DNA of 64,000 bases from an uncultured Desulfatitalea sp. (GCA_963668675.2 CAXXMB010000002.1:1184001-1248000), one strand, 5' to 3'. Shown: positions 18,548-30,882, numbered from the stretch's first letter. Notes: a model not told the origin generated them from the sequence alone. Program-made: numbers and translations.

Positions 18548-20701
18548 ATGATATCTAATAGCAACCCGTTTAAGCATCTTCCAGACCGGATATCCGGTCT
18601 GGGACTGCTGGCCGAAAACCTTTGGTGGAGCTGGCGTCCGCAGGCGCGCATGCTCTTCAAGGCGCTGAACCGGCAGGCGTGGAAAGAGAGCGGACACAAC
18701 CCGGACAAAATGTTGCGTGAGCTCTCCCCGGATATCCTCCAGGAAGCATCACAGGACCGGGACTATTTAAGACGCTACGATGTGGTGATGTCTCTGTTCA
18801 ACAACTACATGTCCCGCCGCGACATATCGATTCTCAATGGAGCCCTGGAGCAGGGAGAGACCGCCCTGGCCTACTTCTCCGCCGAATACGGCCTGCATCG
18901 TTCCCTTCCCTTTTACGCTGGTGGTCTCGGGTTCTTGGCCGGGGATTATGTCAAGGAGTGCAGCGACCTGAACATTCCAATGGTGGCGGTAGGCTTCATG
19001 TACCCCAAAGGCTACATGATCCAGAAAATTCGTGAGGATGGTTGGCAGGAGCAGTACGACGAGCCGTTCAATCGGGAGGCGGCGGCCATCTCACGCGTAT
19101 TGAACCCGGACGGCACTCAGTTTGTCGTCCAGGTACCACGCATCGATCCGCCCATCTATACGGCTGTCTGGCAGACCGCCGTCGGCACGAACACCATCTA
19201 TCTTATGGATACCGATATCGACCAGAATGATCCCTGGAACCGCTCCATCTCAGCTCGGCTTTACATCGGAGACCTCGAGCAGCGGCTGCGCCAGGAGATC
19301 GTACTGGGAATCGGTGGCGCAGAAGTGCTTGAAAAATTAGGCATCCGGTACCGTTTGATTCATCTCAACGAAGGGCATGCCGCATTTGCCCTGCTCGAAC
19401 GAATTCGGGATCATATGATTGCCGGCCGAACCTTCGAAGAGGGCCTCGCCGTCGTGAAGGCAACGACCGTTTTTACCACCCACACGCCGGTTGCGGCCGG
19501 ACACGACGTTTTTCCGTTTCATTTGATCGAGAAATATTTTCACCCCTATTGGTCGGAACTGGGCTTGGACCGCGACCGTTTCTTTCAACTCGGACTGCAC
19601 CCGCAAAAACCACTGGACGGATTCAACATGACCGTTCTGGCACTCACCGCATCGGCATACCGAAATGGGGTCAGTCAAAAGCATGCCGAAGTGGCCAGAG
19701 AGATGTGGCAGCCCCTGTGGCCCGACTGTTCGGAAGCGGCGGTGCCCATCGACGCCATAACCAATGGCGTTCATGTGCCCACTTGGGTCGAGCCGAAGAT
19801 GAAAATGCTCTTCGATCAATACCTGGGGCCAGGATGGCGCGAAGATCATGACAATCCCGTGGTGTGGGAGATGGTGGAAAAAATTCCCGACAAGGAGTTG
19901 TGGCAACTCCACTACTGGCTGAAAATCAAGCTCCTGGACGCCATCCGGGACCGCTGCCGGCAACGATGGACCAATGATCGAGCCAGCCCCTCGATTCTGA
20001 TGGCTGGCGGAGCCATGCTGGACCCCTCGATTCTCACCATCGGATTCGCCCGGCGGTTTGCCACTTACAAGCGGGCAAATCTGATCCTGCACGACCTGCC
20101 GCGCATCAAGCGCCTGCTCAACGATCGCTGGCGCCCCATTCAGATCATTTTTGCCGGCAAGGCCCATCCAGCTGACGATCCGGGCAAGCGCATTCTGCAG
20201 CGCATCTTCAATGCCTGCCGCGATCCCGAGATGGGCGGCCGATTGGCCTTCGTGGAAGACTATGGTGAACAGATGGCCCAGTACATGGTGCATGGCGTCG
20301 ATGTGTGGCTCAACAACCCACTGCCGCCCATGGAGGCCAGCGGCACTAGCGGGATGAAGGCCGCATTGAATGGCGTCCCCCAGTTGAGCATCCTGGATGG
20401 CTGGTGGATCGAGGGGTACAATCGCAAGAACGGCTGGGCCTTTGACGGCCGCGTTGATAGCGACGATCGCGACGCGACGGATGCCCAAGCCATCTACCAG
20501 CTGCTCGAGAACGAGATCATCCCCCTATACTACCGCATGTCCGATGACGGTTTTCCCAGGGGTTGGGTTCAGGTCATGAAAGAGGCGATCCGCAGCAATG
20601 CGGCACAATTCTCTGCCCGACGGATGGTGAAGGAATACCTGAAGCGGTACTATTCCGATGCTTTGCTCAACTCAAAATCGCAAAAAAAGGCCGCCTCCTG
20701 A
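18548..20701 (+). CDS. glgP: alpha-glucan (glycogen) phosphorylase
   Basis: YAGGLGFLAGD, HLNEGH, FTTHTP, ITNGVH, ARRFATYKR, AGKAHP, EASGTSGMK. Confidence 0.96.
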   Translation: MISNSNPFKHLPDRISGLGLLAENLWWSWRPQARMLFKALNRQAWKESGHNPDKMLRELSPDILQEASQDRDYLRRYDVVMSLFNNYMSRRDISILNGALEQGETALAYFSAEYGLHRSLPFYAGGLGFLAGDYVKECSDLNIPMVAVGFMYPKGYMIQKIREDGWQEQYDEPFNREAAAISRVLNPDGTQFVVQVPRIDPPIYTAVWQTAVGTNTIYLMDTDIDQNDPWNRSISARLYIGDLEQRLRQEIVLGIGGAEVLEKLGIRYRLIHLNEGHAAFALLERIRDHMIAGRTFEEGLAVVKATTVFTTHTPVAAGHDVFPFHLIEKYFHPYWSELGLDRDRFFQLGLHPQKPLDGFNMTVLALTASAYRNGVSQKHAEVAREMWQPLWPDCSEAAVPIDAITNGVHVPTWVEPKMKMLFDQYLGPGWREDHDNPVVWEMVEKIPDKELWQLHYWLKIKLLDAIRDRCRQRWTNDRASPSILMAGGAMLDPSILTIGFARRFATYKRANLILHDLPRIKRLLNDRWRPIQIIFAGKAHPADDPGKRILQRIFNACRDPEMGGRLAFVEDYGEQMAQYMVHGVDVWLNNPLPPMEASGTSGMKAALNGVPQLSILDGWWIEGYNRKNGWAFDGRVDSDDRDATDAQAIYQLLENEIIPLYYRMSDDGFPRGWVQVMKEAIRSNAAQFSARRMVKEYLKRYYSDALLNSKSQKKAAS

Positions 20702-20820
20702 TGGGAGAACGTCAGCCCGAAGCCCTCGAACGCACGACCGTTTCGCAGACCTCAACGAAGAGAAGCAGGATGGTCTGTTGGCGGTATCGGCCAGATGCAA
20801 TTGCATCGATCACTCAGTAT

Positions 20821-21381
20821 CTATTCGCTTTTCTCCTGATTCTCGGCATCCTCTGTCGTCTCCTCGGGGGTATCGGTCGATTCGGACGCGGTTGCGTCCT
20901 CTTGGTCTGACGCCGTCGCTTGGCCCGGCATGCGACCCGACATACGATCACGTGTGCGGATGGGGTTTCGGGAGGATTCATATCCAGGGGCAGAATCTTC
21001 GCCGGGGTGCAGCGCCGCCTGACCGAAAATGGCGATCCTGATTTCATCCGCGGATTCGTAAACAATCACGTGATTTAGATTGGCAAGGATCCGTTTCAAG
21101 CCAACAGTTAGCGGCAGGTCTTGAAAGGCGATTTTGACAGGATGGGACCGCCAGCGATCTTCGATAATAAAGGTGTAGGCTGTCTCACGGGAGATTTTCC
21201 CAAAAACGTCGCCGAGGGGTTCATTTTGGGCATCGACGGAAATCAGTGGTTCGGTCTCTGCCGGCTGTTCCGCCATTGAGAACGGCACCCACACGAAAAC
21301 AAGCATCAACACCCCCCACAAGCAAAGTGGGTGTATGGTCGACCGTACGAACCCTTTGTATTGAAAGGTGCTGTGCCACAT
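20821..21381 (-). CDS. Exported protein with STN/secretin-N-like domain and acidic tail
   Basis: Signal-like segment, then ISVDAQNEPLGDVFGKIS...LPLTVGLKRIL; start uncertain. Confidence 0.6.
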   Translation of the reverse strand: MWHSTFQYKGFVRSTIHPLCLWGVLMLVFVWVPFSMAEQPAETEPLISVDAQNEPLGDVFGKISRETAYTFIIEDRWRSHPVKIAFQDLPLTVGLKRILANLNHVIVYESADEIRIAIFGQAALHPGEDSAPGYESSRNPIRTRDRMSGRMPGQATASDQEDATASESTDTPEETTEDAENQEKSE

Positions 21382-21444
21382 GAGCCGATTCCTTTGTGCC
21401 AAAACCATCTTTGCAGCCCTACCCTGCGCCGGGTAAGCATATGA

Positions 21445-21461
21445 AGCACAGTTCGTGCCAG
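21445..21461 (-). promoter_or_regulatory. sigma54 promoter
   Basis: Minus strand CTGGCACGAACTGTGCT (GG-N10-GC). Confidence 0.65.
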
Positions 21462-21505
21462 TCGTTTCGATCTGCACACGTTGCGCCGATTGCCAAAGCG
21501 GAAGT

Positions 21506-21536
21506 AAAAAAAGGGCGGGGGCGACGTCACCCCCCT
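21506..21536 (-). terminator. Intrinsic terminator
   Basis: Minus strand AGGGGGGTGACGTCGCCCCCGCCC followed by T7. Confidence 0.65.
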
Positions 21537-21743
21537 AAGCAACTCAAAGCGGACCTCTTATGTGAGGTGGTCGTCGAGGTACCCGAAAGTCGATATCGGG
21601 GTCATGTGGGGCATGGCCCACTTGATCTATCTTTGGGGCGGTGCGGAACCAATTGTTCGTATTTTACCACAAACAGGAACTCATGGTTCTTGTTCAAGCG
21701 CAGCCCCTTCGGTCACGGGTCAGGAAAATATGTACCGCCGTCC

Positions 21744-22892
21744 TCACACCTTGGGGAGAGAGGCCATATGCGCAGTTCTGGGCCACTTGATGTGGGACAA
21801 ACGATAAAAGAGTGTCTCCAGCGGCCCACGCCGGAAACGGCGACACCAGAGGAGTGCGAAGCAAATCCCGGCAATGGCAAAGACGCCTGCCGAGACAACC
21901 ATTTGGAACGGGCCTACCTTGGTGCCGAAACTCTCGATCCAGGAGGTGACCCCAAATCCCCACAGCAGGTGGGCGACATACATCGTCAGGGACAGTTTCC
22001 CAAACTGTGACAGGGGCTTGAGAAGGCATGCGAATGACGGATGCTCCGCGACCAATCGGCACAAGCTGATGAGGGCCAGGGCGCTGGCCGCCGAGGATAT
22101 GACGAAAAGCGGCGTCACCGGAAAAGCCTCGCTGCGCAGGAAAGTCAGCCACCAACAGCCTTCGATCTCCATGTCGCGCCGTTGCACCCACGTCAGCATG
22201 CTACCGGAAAACACCTCAATGACAAGACAGGAGACAGCGCTGACGAGCAGAAGACGTCTATGGACGGAGCGGCCGGTCGGTTCGCGCCGACCGAGCAGCA
22301 TTCCCATTACGAAATAGCCAAACCATGGGAAAAAAGGATAGTAGCAACCTAACAGGTAGTCGGCCGCCAGGCGGAGACCCAAGCCATGTCCATCAAAAAA
22401 CGCAATAGGGTCCGCCCCATCATAGGCGACAGTCAATCCGGCACAGACGGGAAGAGAGATCAGTCCGATGATGATCCCAAGCCGGTATAACCTGCAACCG
22501 GGCCACGCTATCAAACAAGCGCCCAAAGCCATGTAGGCGGCATAGAAATGCAGAATATCTGCCGCCCACCAATGCCATAACGCCATGCCGATCACGAACA
22601 GCAGTAAACTGCGCGCCAAAAGGAATCGACGCATCTCGTCAGGCGATTTGCCTGCAGAAAGAAGCGAGATGGACACACCGGCCAAGATAACAAAAACCGT
22701 CGCCGCTCTGCCGAAGAGAAAGTCGATTGATCGATTAAGCCACAGAGGGGAGAAGGTACCGATCTGCATTAACGCCGTATAGTTAACAACGATCATGACC
22801 ATAACGGCTACCGCGCGGGCCAGGTCGAAACCTTCTATCCGCGGCCGGTCCATTGCCCATAAGACGCCCTGATCACAACTCTTTATGGCCAT
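21744..22892 (-). CDS. DUF418/DUF1624-type polytopic membrane protein
   Basis: RIEGFDLARAVAV, FVILAGVS, DILHFYA, GKLSLTMYVAH, RRGPLE. Confidence 0.8.
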   Translation of the reverse strand: MAIKSCDQGVLWAMDRPRIEGFDLARAVAVMVMIVVNYTALMQIGTFSPLWLNRSIDFLFGRAATVFVILAGVSISLLSAGKSPDEMRRFLLARSLLLFVIGMALWHWWAADILHFYAAYMALGACLIAWPGCRLYRLGIIIGLISLPVCAGLTVAYDGADPIAFFDGHGLGLRLAADYLLGCYYPFFPWFGYFVMGMLLGRREPTGRSVHRRLLLVSAVSCLVIEVFSGSMLTWVQRRDMEIEGCWWLTFLRSEAFPVTPLFVISSAASALALISLCRLVAEHPSFACLLKPLSQFGKLSLTMYVAHLLWGFGVTSWIESFGTKVGPFQMVVSAGVFAIAGICFALLWCRRFRRGPLETLFYRLSHIKWPRTAHMASLPKV

Positions 22893-22947
22893 AGGGCACT
22901 CACTCCTCTACGGCATGCCATGCTTCCCGTAAAATCAAATCAACCGC

Positions 22948-22964
22948 AGCAAGGAGAATGCCAA
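22948..22964 (-). promoter_or_regulatory. sigma54 promoter
   Basis: Minus strand TTGGCATTCTCCTTGCT (GG-N10-GC), with AT-rich DNA upstream. Confidence 0.65.
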
Positions 22965-23433
22965 AAGCTTTAATCTGCTGTATATTTAACGAATATTTAT
23001 TTTTGAAGGATCTGCAAAACCGGAGGTGCGGATCTGTGGGTTCTGGAAAGCAAACCGACTCAAGGTTGAAAATGGCAGCTTATCCATACCCCCTCTTTTG
23101 TTGGGAACACGCCCCATTGACACGCCAAAATGGGTGTTTAAAATTTCGCCGTAATGCTGAGAAAGAGTGGATGAAAAATCGACATCTTATCCGAACAACT
23201 TACCATCTTGAGGTTTGCGATGAAGCGAACGACTCCATTTCATTGCAATTGCGATTTGATCTCAGGCCTGCTGTTGCGCTTTTCCCCCCATGATCAATCG
23301 AAAATCGTCAGCCCCCCCGAGATGTTCCATGACGGGTAGCAGTACGGCATTCCCATCCAAAACCGTTTGCACCTGCCGGCCGCGGCACCGATATCAACTA
23401 AACCCATAATGATTGCATGTGGAGGTATGCCAA

Positions 23434-23550
23434 ATGAAAATCAAACCCATCAACGATCGTGTCCTGGTTCTGCGGGTAGAGTAGGAGCAAAAGACCGCAG
23501 GCGGTATCATTTTTATGCGCGAAGACGACATTTTGAGCGTATGGGAATAG
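23434..23550 (+). pseudogene. groES: groES pseudogene (in-frame TAG plus large internal deletion)
   Basis: Manual translation MKIKPINDRVLVLRVE*EQKTAGGIIFMREDDILSVWE*; SD GGAGG; directly upstream of groEL. Confidence 0.9.
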
Positions 23551-23608
23551 AACGCCATGGACTTAACCGGTTCAACAGCGTCTTTTTTGTAAAGAATGGA
23601 GGAGATAA

Positions 23609-25237
<1,629 letters not shown>

Positions 25238-25347
25238 CTCAATATTCAGGTTTCGCAACATCTACATCCGGAGGCGAGCACAATGAGTGGTTTGCATCTC
25301 GTCAGGGTTCCATTTTAGGGTCGCTCAACTGCAGTGGAGGATCAGCG

Positions 25348-25381
25348 GCGCCTGTCTCGAGAGCGAGGCAGGCGCTTTTTT
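25348..25381 (+). terminator. Intrinsic terminator after groEL
   Basis: GCGCCTGTCTCG-agag-CGAGGCAGGCGC followed by T6. Confidence 0.75.
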
Positions 25382-25606
25382 ATTCCTATCGGTAAGCCCC
25401 CAGGTGGTCGCGGTTACACCGATTTTACTTCCTGCAAAAATGCACAAAGGCACCATTAAATGTCGACCTTGCACTTTCAAGGGAAGGGGAGTAACCTGAC
25501 AAATTCGTACATGTGGATGTGCAATCGGCTCCAGATCTGGAGACCGCAGGCCTCACCATGAAAATCCATAGCGGCGCGTGCCAGGCAAATACAAGGAAGC
25601 AGACGC

Positions 25607-26668
25607 ATGAGGGGAAAGATCAAAGTTGCGATTGCGGTGCTCATCATCGTTGCGGCAGGGGCTGCTGCAACCAGATGGTTTTTGAAAGAAAAGCAGCATC
25701 CGGCCGACTATCCCGTAACGCTTTTTGGAAATATTGATATCCGTACAGCCGACCTTGGCTTCAGCGAACAGGAGCGCCTTTCCCACGTATTCGTGAAAGA
25801 AGGGCAGCGCGTCGAAGCCGGCCAACCCTTGGCCAGCATGGACACACGCCGTATCAAAGCTCAGCTGAATCAGATACAAGCCCAAATTGCTGCTCAGCAG
25901 GAAGTCGTAAAACGCCTGGAAGCGGGCAGCCGACCCCAGGAAATCGAACAGGCTCAAGCAGAGGTCGAGGCCGCCAAGGCCCGCGTTCAAAACGCCACGC
26001 AGAGCTTCAAACGCTTGAAAACCACTTCGCAGGCAGGAGTGACCAGTGCGCAAGTCCTGGATGATGCCAGGGCCCAGCTCGATGTTGACAAGGCACAGTT
26101 AAGGGTGAAAGAAACGGCGCTTGCTCTCGCCTTGGCCGGTCCCCGTCAGGAGGATATCCAAGCATCCCGCAACACCTTGAAAGCCCTGGAAGCATCAAAA
26201 TCCCTTATAGAGGTGCGCATGGAAGACATGACGCTCTATGCGCCAACGACGGGTATGGTACAGAGCCGCATCCTCGAACCAGGAGAGATGGCGAGCCCCA
26301 ATCGCCCTGTGGTGACACTGGCCTTGACAGATCCCAAATGGGTCAGGACGTATGTTCCCGAACCCAAACTCGCACTCGTAAAGCCTGGCCAAAAAGCGAC
26401 CATATCGATTGATTCCTTTCCCGGGCGCCGTTTCGAAGGCTGGGTCGGCTTTATCTCACCCGTCGCGGAATTTACCCCCAAATCAGTTGAAACTGAAGAT
26501 TTGAGAACCCATCTGGTCTATGAAACCCGGATCTTTTTGCATGATCCCGAGGATCTTATGCGCCTGGGCATGCCGGTCAGCGTGATGGTCGAATCCACCC
26601 TATCGAACGAAACGTCTCTCGGAGATTCACCTCACGCCCAAACCCCATCCCAACAACTCAACGAGTGA
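25607..26668 (+). CDS. HlyD-family membrane fusion protein (YbhG-like)
   Basis: N-terminal TM, LFGNIDIR, coiled coils, FISPVAEFTPKSVETEDLRT. Confidence 0.9.
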   Translation: MRGKIKVAIAVLIIVAAGAAATRWFLKEKQHPADYPVTLFGNIDIRTADLGFSEQERLSHVFVKEGQRVEAGQPLASMDTRRIKAQLNQIQAQIAAQQEVVKRLEAGSRPQEIEQAQAEVEAAKARVQNATQSFKRLKTTSQAGVTSAQVLDDARAQLDVDKAQLRVKETALALALAGPRQEDIQASRNTLKALEASKSLIEVRMEDMTLYAPTTGMVQSRILEPGEMASPNRPVVTLALTDPKWVRTYVPEPKLALVKPGQKATISIDSFPGRRFEGWVGFISPVAEFTPKSVETEDLRTHLVYETRIFLHDPEDLMRLGMPVSVMVESTLSNETSLGDSPHAQTPSQQLNE

Positions 26669-28491
26669 AATGCCCTATGGCGGCCCTGATGGAACAATCC
26701 CCGCCAGGAACGACAGCTGCGCTGGCGGTCCACGATCTGGCAAAAACCTTTGCTGCCAAACGGGGCACGGTTGTTGAGGCTTTGCACTCGGTCTCTTTCG
26801 AAGCCCTTGCCGGACATGTGACCGGTCTGGTGGGGGCTGATGGTGCCGGCAAAACGACGTTGATTCGCATGGCTGCCGGTTTGCTCACGCCGACCCAAGG
26901 ATCGATCACGCTCCTTGGCCTCGACAGTGTGGCCGATGCCGTCGCTATTCAGCAACGGGTCGGCTATATGCCCCAGAAATTCGGCCTGTACCAGGATCTC
27001 ACCGTCAAAGAGAACATGGATCTCTATGCCGATCTGCAGGGGGTGCCCCCCCATGAACGAGTGACCCGCTACGATCAGTTGCTTCAAATGACGGGGCTGC
27101 AAGCCTACACGCGGCGGTTGGCCGGAGCCCTCTCCGGAGGAATGAAGCAAAAACTCGGCCTGGCCTGTTGCTTGATCAAGTCCCCGCAGATGCTCCTGCT
27201 CGATGAGCCCACCGTAGGAGTAGATCCGATCTCCCGCAGGGAGTTGTGGAAAATCGTTTATCAACTGGTGTCGAAATACAGTATAGGGGTTGTGGTTTCA
27301 ACGGCCTACCTGGACGAAGCAGAACGTTGTGACTGGGTAGTGGTACTGCACGAAGGCCGCAAACTGGCGGAAGGCAAACCGGTCGACTTCAAACAACGCG
27401 TCGCTGGTTCGGTAATACTGATCGATCCCCCCTCGGGCGTCAAACCCCGACAGATCCATACCCACCTGGCAGGCCGCCCCCATGTCAGGGACGTCACCAT
27501 ACGCTCGGGACGAGTGCGCGTGGTATTGGACAAGCCCGAAAGCACTGCATTAACAAAATCGCTGCCAGCAGCATGGCAGGAAAAAATGACGCTGGCCAAG
27601 CCCAATTTTGAAGATGCCTTCATGCGCCTGGTCCCGCACAAAGGTGAGCACCTGCAAGTCGGCGAAAGTGCGGAAACCGATTCTCCAAGAGATGAATCGC
27701 CTGACGTAATGGTGAGGGTGAAACAGCTCCAGAAGTACTTTGGTGAATTTGAAGCGGTAAAAAAAATAGATTTTGAAGTGCAGCGGGGAGAAATTTTCGG
27801 ACTGCTGGGCCCCAACGGTGCCGGCAAAAGCACCACCTTTCGTATGCTATGCGGTTTACTGCCCGTTAGCGGAGGAGAAGTGAGTGTCGCCGGCAACGAT
27901 TTGCGACGGTCGCCTTCCCGTGCCCGCGCCCGGATAGGATATATGGCCCAGCAGTTTTCGCTGTATGGTCAGCTCAGTGTCTTGGAAAACCTGCGTTTCT
28001 TTGGACGTGCATACGGTCTGCGAGGCCGCCAACTGATGAAACGAATTGAATGGGCGTTTTCCGAATTCGACCTTGGCGCATGGCGCGACCAGGCGGCCGT
28101 TCAGCTGCCAGGCGGCTATAAGCAGCGTTTGGCCATGGCAACGGCCCTGCTGCATCACCCCGGCATCCTCTTTCTGGATGAACCCACCTCGGGTGTCGAT
28201 CCTCTGGCGCGACGGGAGTTCTGGTTGAGAATCAACGGGTTCTCCCAAGAGGGGGTGACCGTGGTGGTGACGACCCATTTTATGGAAGAATCCGAATACT
28301 GCGACCGCATCCTGATCATGAGCCAGGGAGAGAGCCTGGCCATCGGCTCCCCCGACCAGATTCGTGGCCTGGTCCGCTCCAAGGAGAATCCGGACCCGAC
28401 CATCGAGGATGCCTTTATCGCCCTTGCCGAAAAGGGGTTTTCCGATTCCGATGAACAGCAGCCCAATGCTGCGACAGGCGGTGACCGATGA
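26665..28491 (+). CDS. ABC transporter ATP-binding protein with two NBDs (YbhF-like)
   Basis: GADGAGKTT and GPNGAGKST; LSGGMKQK; two DEPT motifs. Confidence 0.92.
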   Translation: MKCPMAALMEQSPPGTTAALAVHDLAKTFAAKRGTVVEALHSVSFEALAGHVTGLVGADGAGKTTLIRMAAGLLTPTQGSITLLGLDSVADAVAIQQRVGYMPQKFGLYQDLTVKENMDLYADLQGVPPHERVTRYDQLLQMTGLQAYTRRLAGALSGGMKQKLGLACCLIKSPQMLLLDEPTVGVDPISRRELWKIVYQLVSKYSIGVVVSTAYLDEAERCDWVVVLHEGRKLAEGKPVDFKQRVAGSVILIDPPSGVKPRQIHTHLAGRPHVRDVTIRSGRVRVVLDKPESTALTKSLPAAWQEKMTLAKPNFEDAFMRLVPHKGEHLQVGESAETDSPRDESPDVMVRVKQLQKYFGEFEAVKKIDFEVQRGEIFGLLGPNGAGKSTTFRMLCGLLPVSGGEVSVAGNDLRRSPSRARARIGYMAQQFSLYGQLSVLENLRFFGRAYGLRGRQLMKRIEWAFSEFDLGAWRDQAAVQLPGGYKQRLAMATALLHHPGILFLDEPTSGVDPLARREFWLRINGFSQEGVTVVVTTHFMEESEYCDRILIMSQGESLAIGSPDQIRGLVRSKENPDPTIEDAFIALAEKGFSDSDEQQPNAATGGDR

Positions 28492-29618
28492 CCCCGCGGG
28501 CCCTGTTTCTCATGCGTATGCGCGGAATGATGAAAAAGGAGGCCCTCCAGATTCGGCGCGATCCAAGCAGCATTGCGCTGGCCATCGTACTGCCCATCGT
28601 ACTGCTCTTTCTTTTTGGATACGGGGTGTCCCTGGATGCTGAAAATATACCCATTGCCTTGGTTTCGAGCGACACCAGCCCGTTTGTCACGGAGCTGGCT
28701 TCCCGCTTTAACGGATCGCACTTTTTCAACCTCTTCCGTCTCAATTCAATGGCCGAAGCGATCCGGATGCTCGAGTACGGGCAGGTGGATGGTATTGTAC
28801 AAGTTCAATCCGACTTTTCAGAGAATCTTCACAAGCGGCAACAAGCATCACTTCAATTGATTGTCAATGGCGTCGATGCCAACCGGGCCCGCTTGATTCA
28901 AGGCTATGTACGCGGGACATTGCAAAAATGGAGTGCCATGAGCAGTGTCCTGGATAAAACAATAGCTTCCCCCCCTGTTAGCGTCGTCCATCGGGTCTGG
29001 TTCAATCCGTCTGCAGAGAGCCGTAATTTTCTGATCCCGGGGCTGGTCACGTTGATCATGACCTTGACCGGAATCCTTCTCACTGCTCTGGTCGTGGCCC
29101 GCGAATGGGAACGCGGGACCATGGAAGCGCTAATGGTAACGCCGTTGCGCAGAATCGATTTTCTGATCGGCAAAATTCTCCCCTATTTCGTTCTCGGCAT
29201 GCTGGGAATGGGACTTTCGGTGACCGCTGCCGTCACTCTTTTTAACGTTCCGCTAAACGGCTCTATTAGCGTCCTGGTCATTATGAGCGGCCTGTTCATG
29301 ATGGCGTCACTGGGGCTCGGGTTATTCATATCGTCCGCCATTAGGGTCCAGTTTGTAGCCGCCCAGATCTCCATTATCGCCGGTTTTCTTCCGGCGCTCT
29401 TTCTTTCCGGACTCCTGTTTGATCTTGAAAGCACACCCATGCCGATCCAGGTGATCAGCCACCTGGTTCCAGCACGCTACTTTGTGGATATCAGCCACAC
29501 CCTGTTCATGGCTGGGAACATATGGCCGGTGCTGATACCAAATGCCCTGGCACTGACGGCCATGGCAATTGTTTTTATCTCTCTTGCGTTCCGAAAAACG
29601 ACGAAACATCTGGAATAA
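28488..29618 (+). CDS. ABC-2 permease (YbhS-like)
   Basis: KEALQIRRDP, AREWERGTMEAL. Confidence 0.9.
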   Translation: MTPRALFLMRMRGMMKKEALQIRRDPSSIALAIVLPIVLLFLFGYGVSLDAENIPIALVSSDTSPFVTELASRFNGSHFFNLFRLNSMAEAIRMLEYGQVDGIVQVQSDFSENLHKRQQASLQLIVNGVDANRARLIQGYVRGTLQKWSAMSSVLDKTIASPPVSVVHRVWFNPSAESRNFLIPGLVTLIMTLTGILLTALVVAREWERGTMEALMVTPLRRIDFLIGKILPYFVLGMLGMGLSVTAAVTLFNVPLNGSISVLVIMSGLFMMASLGLGLFISSAIRVQFVAAQISIIAGFLPALFLSGLLFDLESTPMPIQVISHLVPARYFVDISHTLFMAGNIWPVLIPNALALTAMAIVFISLAFRKTTKHLE

Positions 29619-29620
29619 TT

Positions 29621-30742
29621 ATGAGCAGCCTGCACCGCATCATCGCCCTGATCATCAAAGAGTTCACCATGGTCCTGAAGGACCCCAAAAGTCGATTCGT
29701 TGTCATCGGTCCACCGCTCATCCAGTTTTTTATATTCGGATATGCAGCCACTTTTGATCTCAAAGATGTACGCTATGCCGTTCTGGACCAATGCCGTACG
29801 ACAGAATCCCGGCAACTTCTAGCGCGATTCGAGGGTTCCCCACATTTTCAGCTCACACAAACCCTTTCGTCCACCGGCCAGATCGCACCAACCATCGACA
29901 ACGAGAAGGCCAGACTCGTTCTGCACATTGGACCCCAATTCAGCCGCAACCTCAACCAGGGCTCTCAAGCCGAACTCCAGGTCATCATCGACGGACGCAA
30001 TTCCAATGTGGCGTTAATCGCCCTGGGGTATATCGGCACCATCATCGAACAATACGCCCAGGAGGTCATACAGGCTTCGGGTGCAAGCCGCGAAGGAGCC
30101 ATGATCAAGCTGGTGGAACGCGCCTGGTATAATGACAATCTGCAAAGCCGGTGGTTCATCGTGTCGGCATTGGGCGGCGTCATCAGCATGGTGGTGGTGA
30201 TGATCCTGACCAGTCTTTCCGTTGCCCGCGAACGCGAATTCGGCACCTTCGATCAGCTCTTGGTTGCACCATTCAAGCCCGGAGAGATCCTTGTCGGGAA
30301 ATCGATTCCGGGCATTGTCTTCGGCCTCATGGATGCACTGATTTTTTCGACCGGCGCGGTCTTCTGGTTTGGTGTCCCCTTCCGCGGAACCATCCTGGCC
30401 CTGGTGCTGACGCTGCTGTGCTTCATCATCGCCATGGTGGGCGTCGGGCTGCTGGTCTCCTCCCTTTCGATGACCATGCAGCAAGCGCTGCTTGGCTCCT
30501 TTATCTTTATGATGCCTTCGGTGATCCTCTCCGGCTTTGCCACCCCCATCGCCAATATGCCCGAATGGCTCCAAATCGGCACCCTTGCCAACCCAGTTCG
30601 CTATATTATTCATGCGTTGCGCAGGATCTTTCTCGAGGGGGCTGACGTTGCCATGGTCTGGCCCCATATCTGGCCGCTGATCTTGATCGCGTCCGTAACC
30701 CTGCCGTTGGCAAGTTGGTTGTTTCGGCACCGTGCGAAATGA
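29621..30742 (+). CDS. ABC-2 permease (YbhR-like)
   Basis: KEFTMVLKDP, IDGRNSN, AREREFGTFDQLLV; start moved to MSSLHR. Confidence 0.9.
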   Translation: MSSLHRIIALIIKEFTMVLKDPKSRFVVIGPPLIQFFIFGYAATFDLKDVRYAVLDQCRTTESRQLLARFEGSPHFQLTQTLSSTGQIAPTIDNEKARLVLHIGPQFSRNLNQGSQAELQVIIDGRNSNVALIALGYIGTIIEQYAQEVIQASGASREGAMIKLVERAWYNDNLQSRWFIVSALGGVISMVVVMILTSLSVAREREFGTFDQLLVAPFKPGEILVGKSIPGIVFGLMDALIFSTGAVFWFGVPFRGTILALVLTLLCFIIAMVGVGLLVSSLSMTMQQALLGSFIFMMPSVILSGFATPIANMPEWLQIGTLANPVRYIIHALRRIFLEGADVAMVWPHIWPLILIASVTLPLASWLFRHRAK

Positions 30743-30783
30743 TAGCGCCCCAAAAGGGAATTGGTGAAAAACAGACAACGCTA

Positions 30784-30810
30784 TAAGGATTTTCTGCCTT
30801 CTGCCGATAA
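30784..30810 (+). promoter_or_regulatory. sigma28 (FliA)-type promoter
   Basis: TAAG-N15-GCCGATAA about 70 nt before the kinase start. Confidence 0.55.
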
Positions 30811-30882
30811 TGATCACAGGCTTGAGTTGACAAAAACCCAAGTTGACGAAAGAATTACACAACGGCTCAAATACAATCTGAA

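Noticed and set aside
23482..23484. In-frame TAG in groES as pyrrolysine or readthrough
   Set aside because: The gene also lacks more than half its length, and GAG to TAG is a single change; no pyl genes in the window
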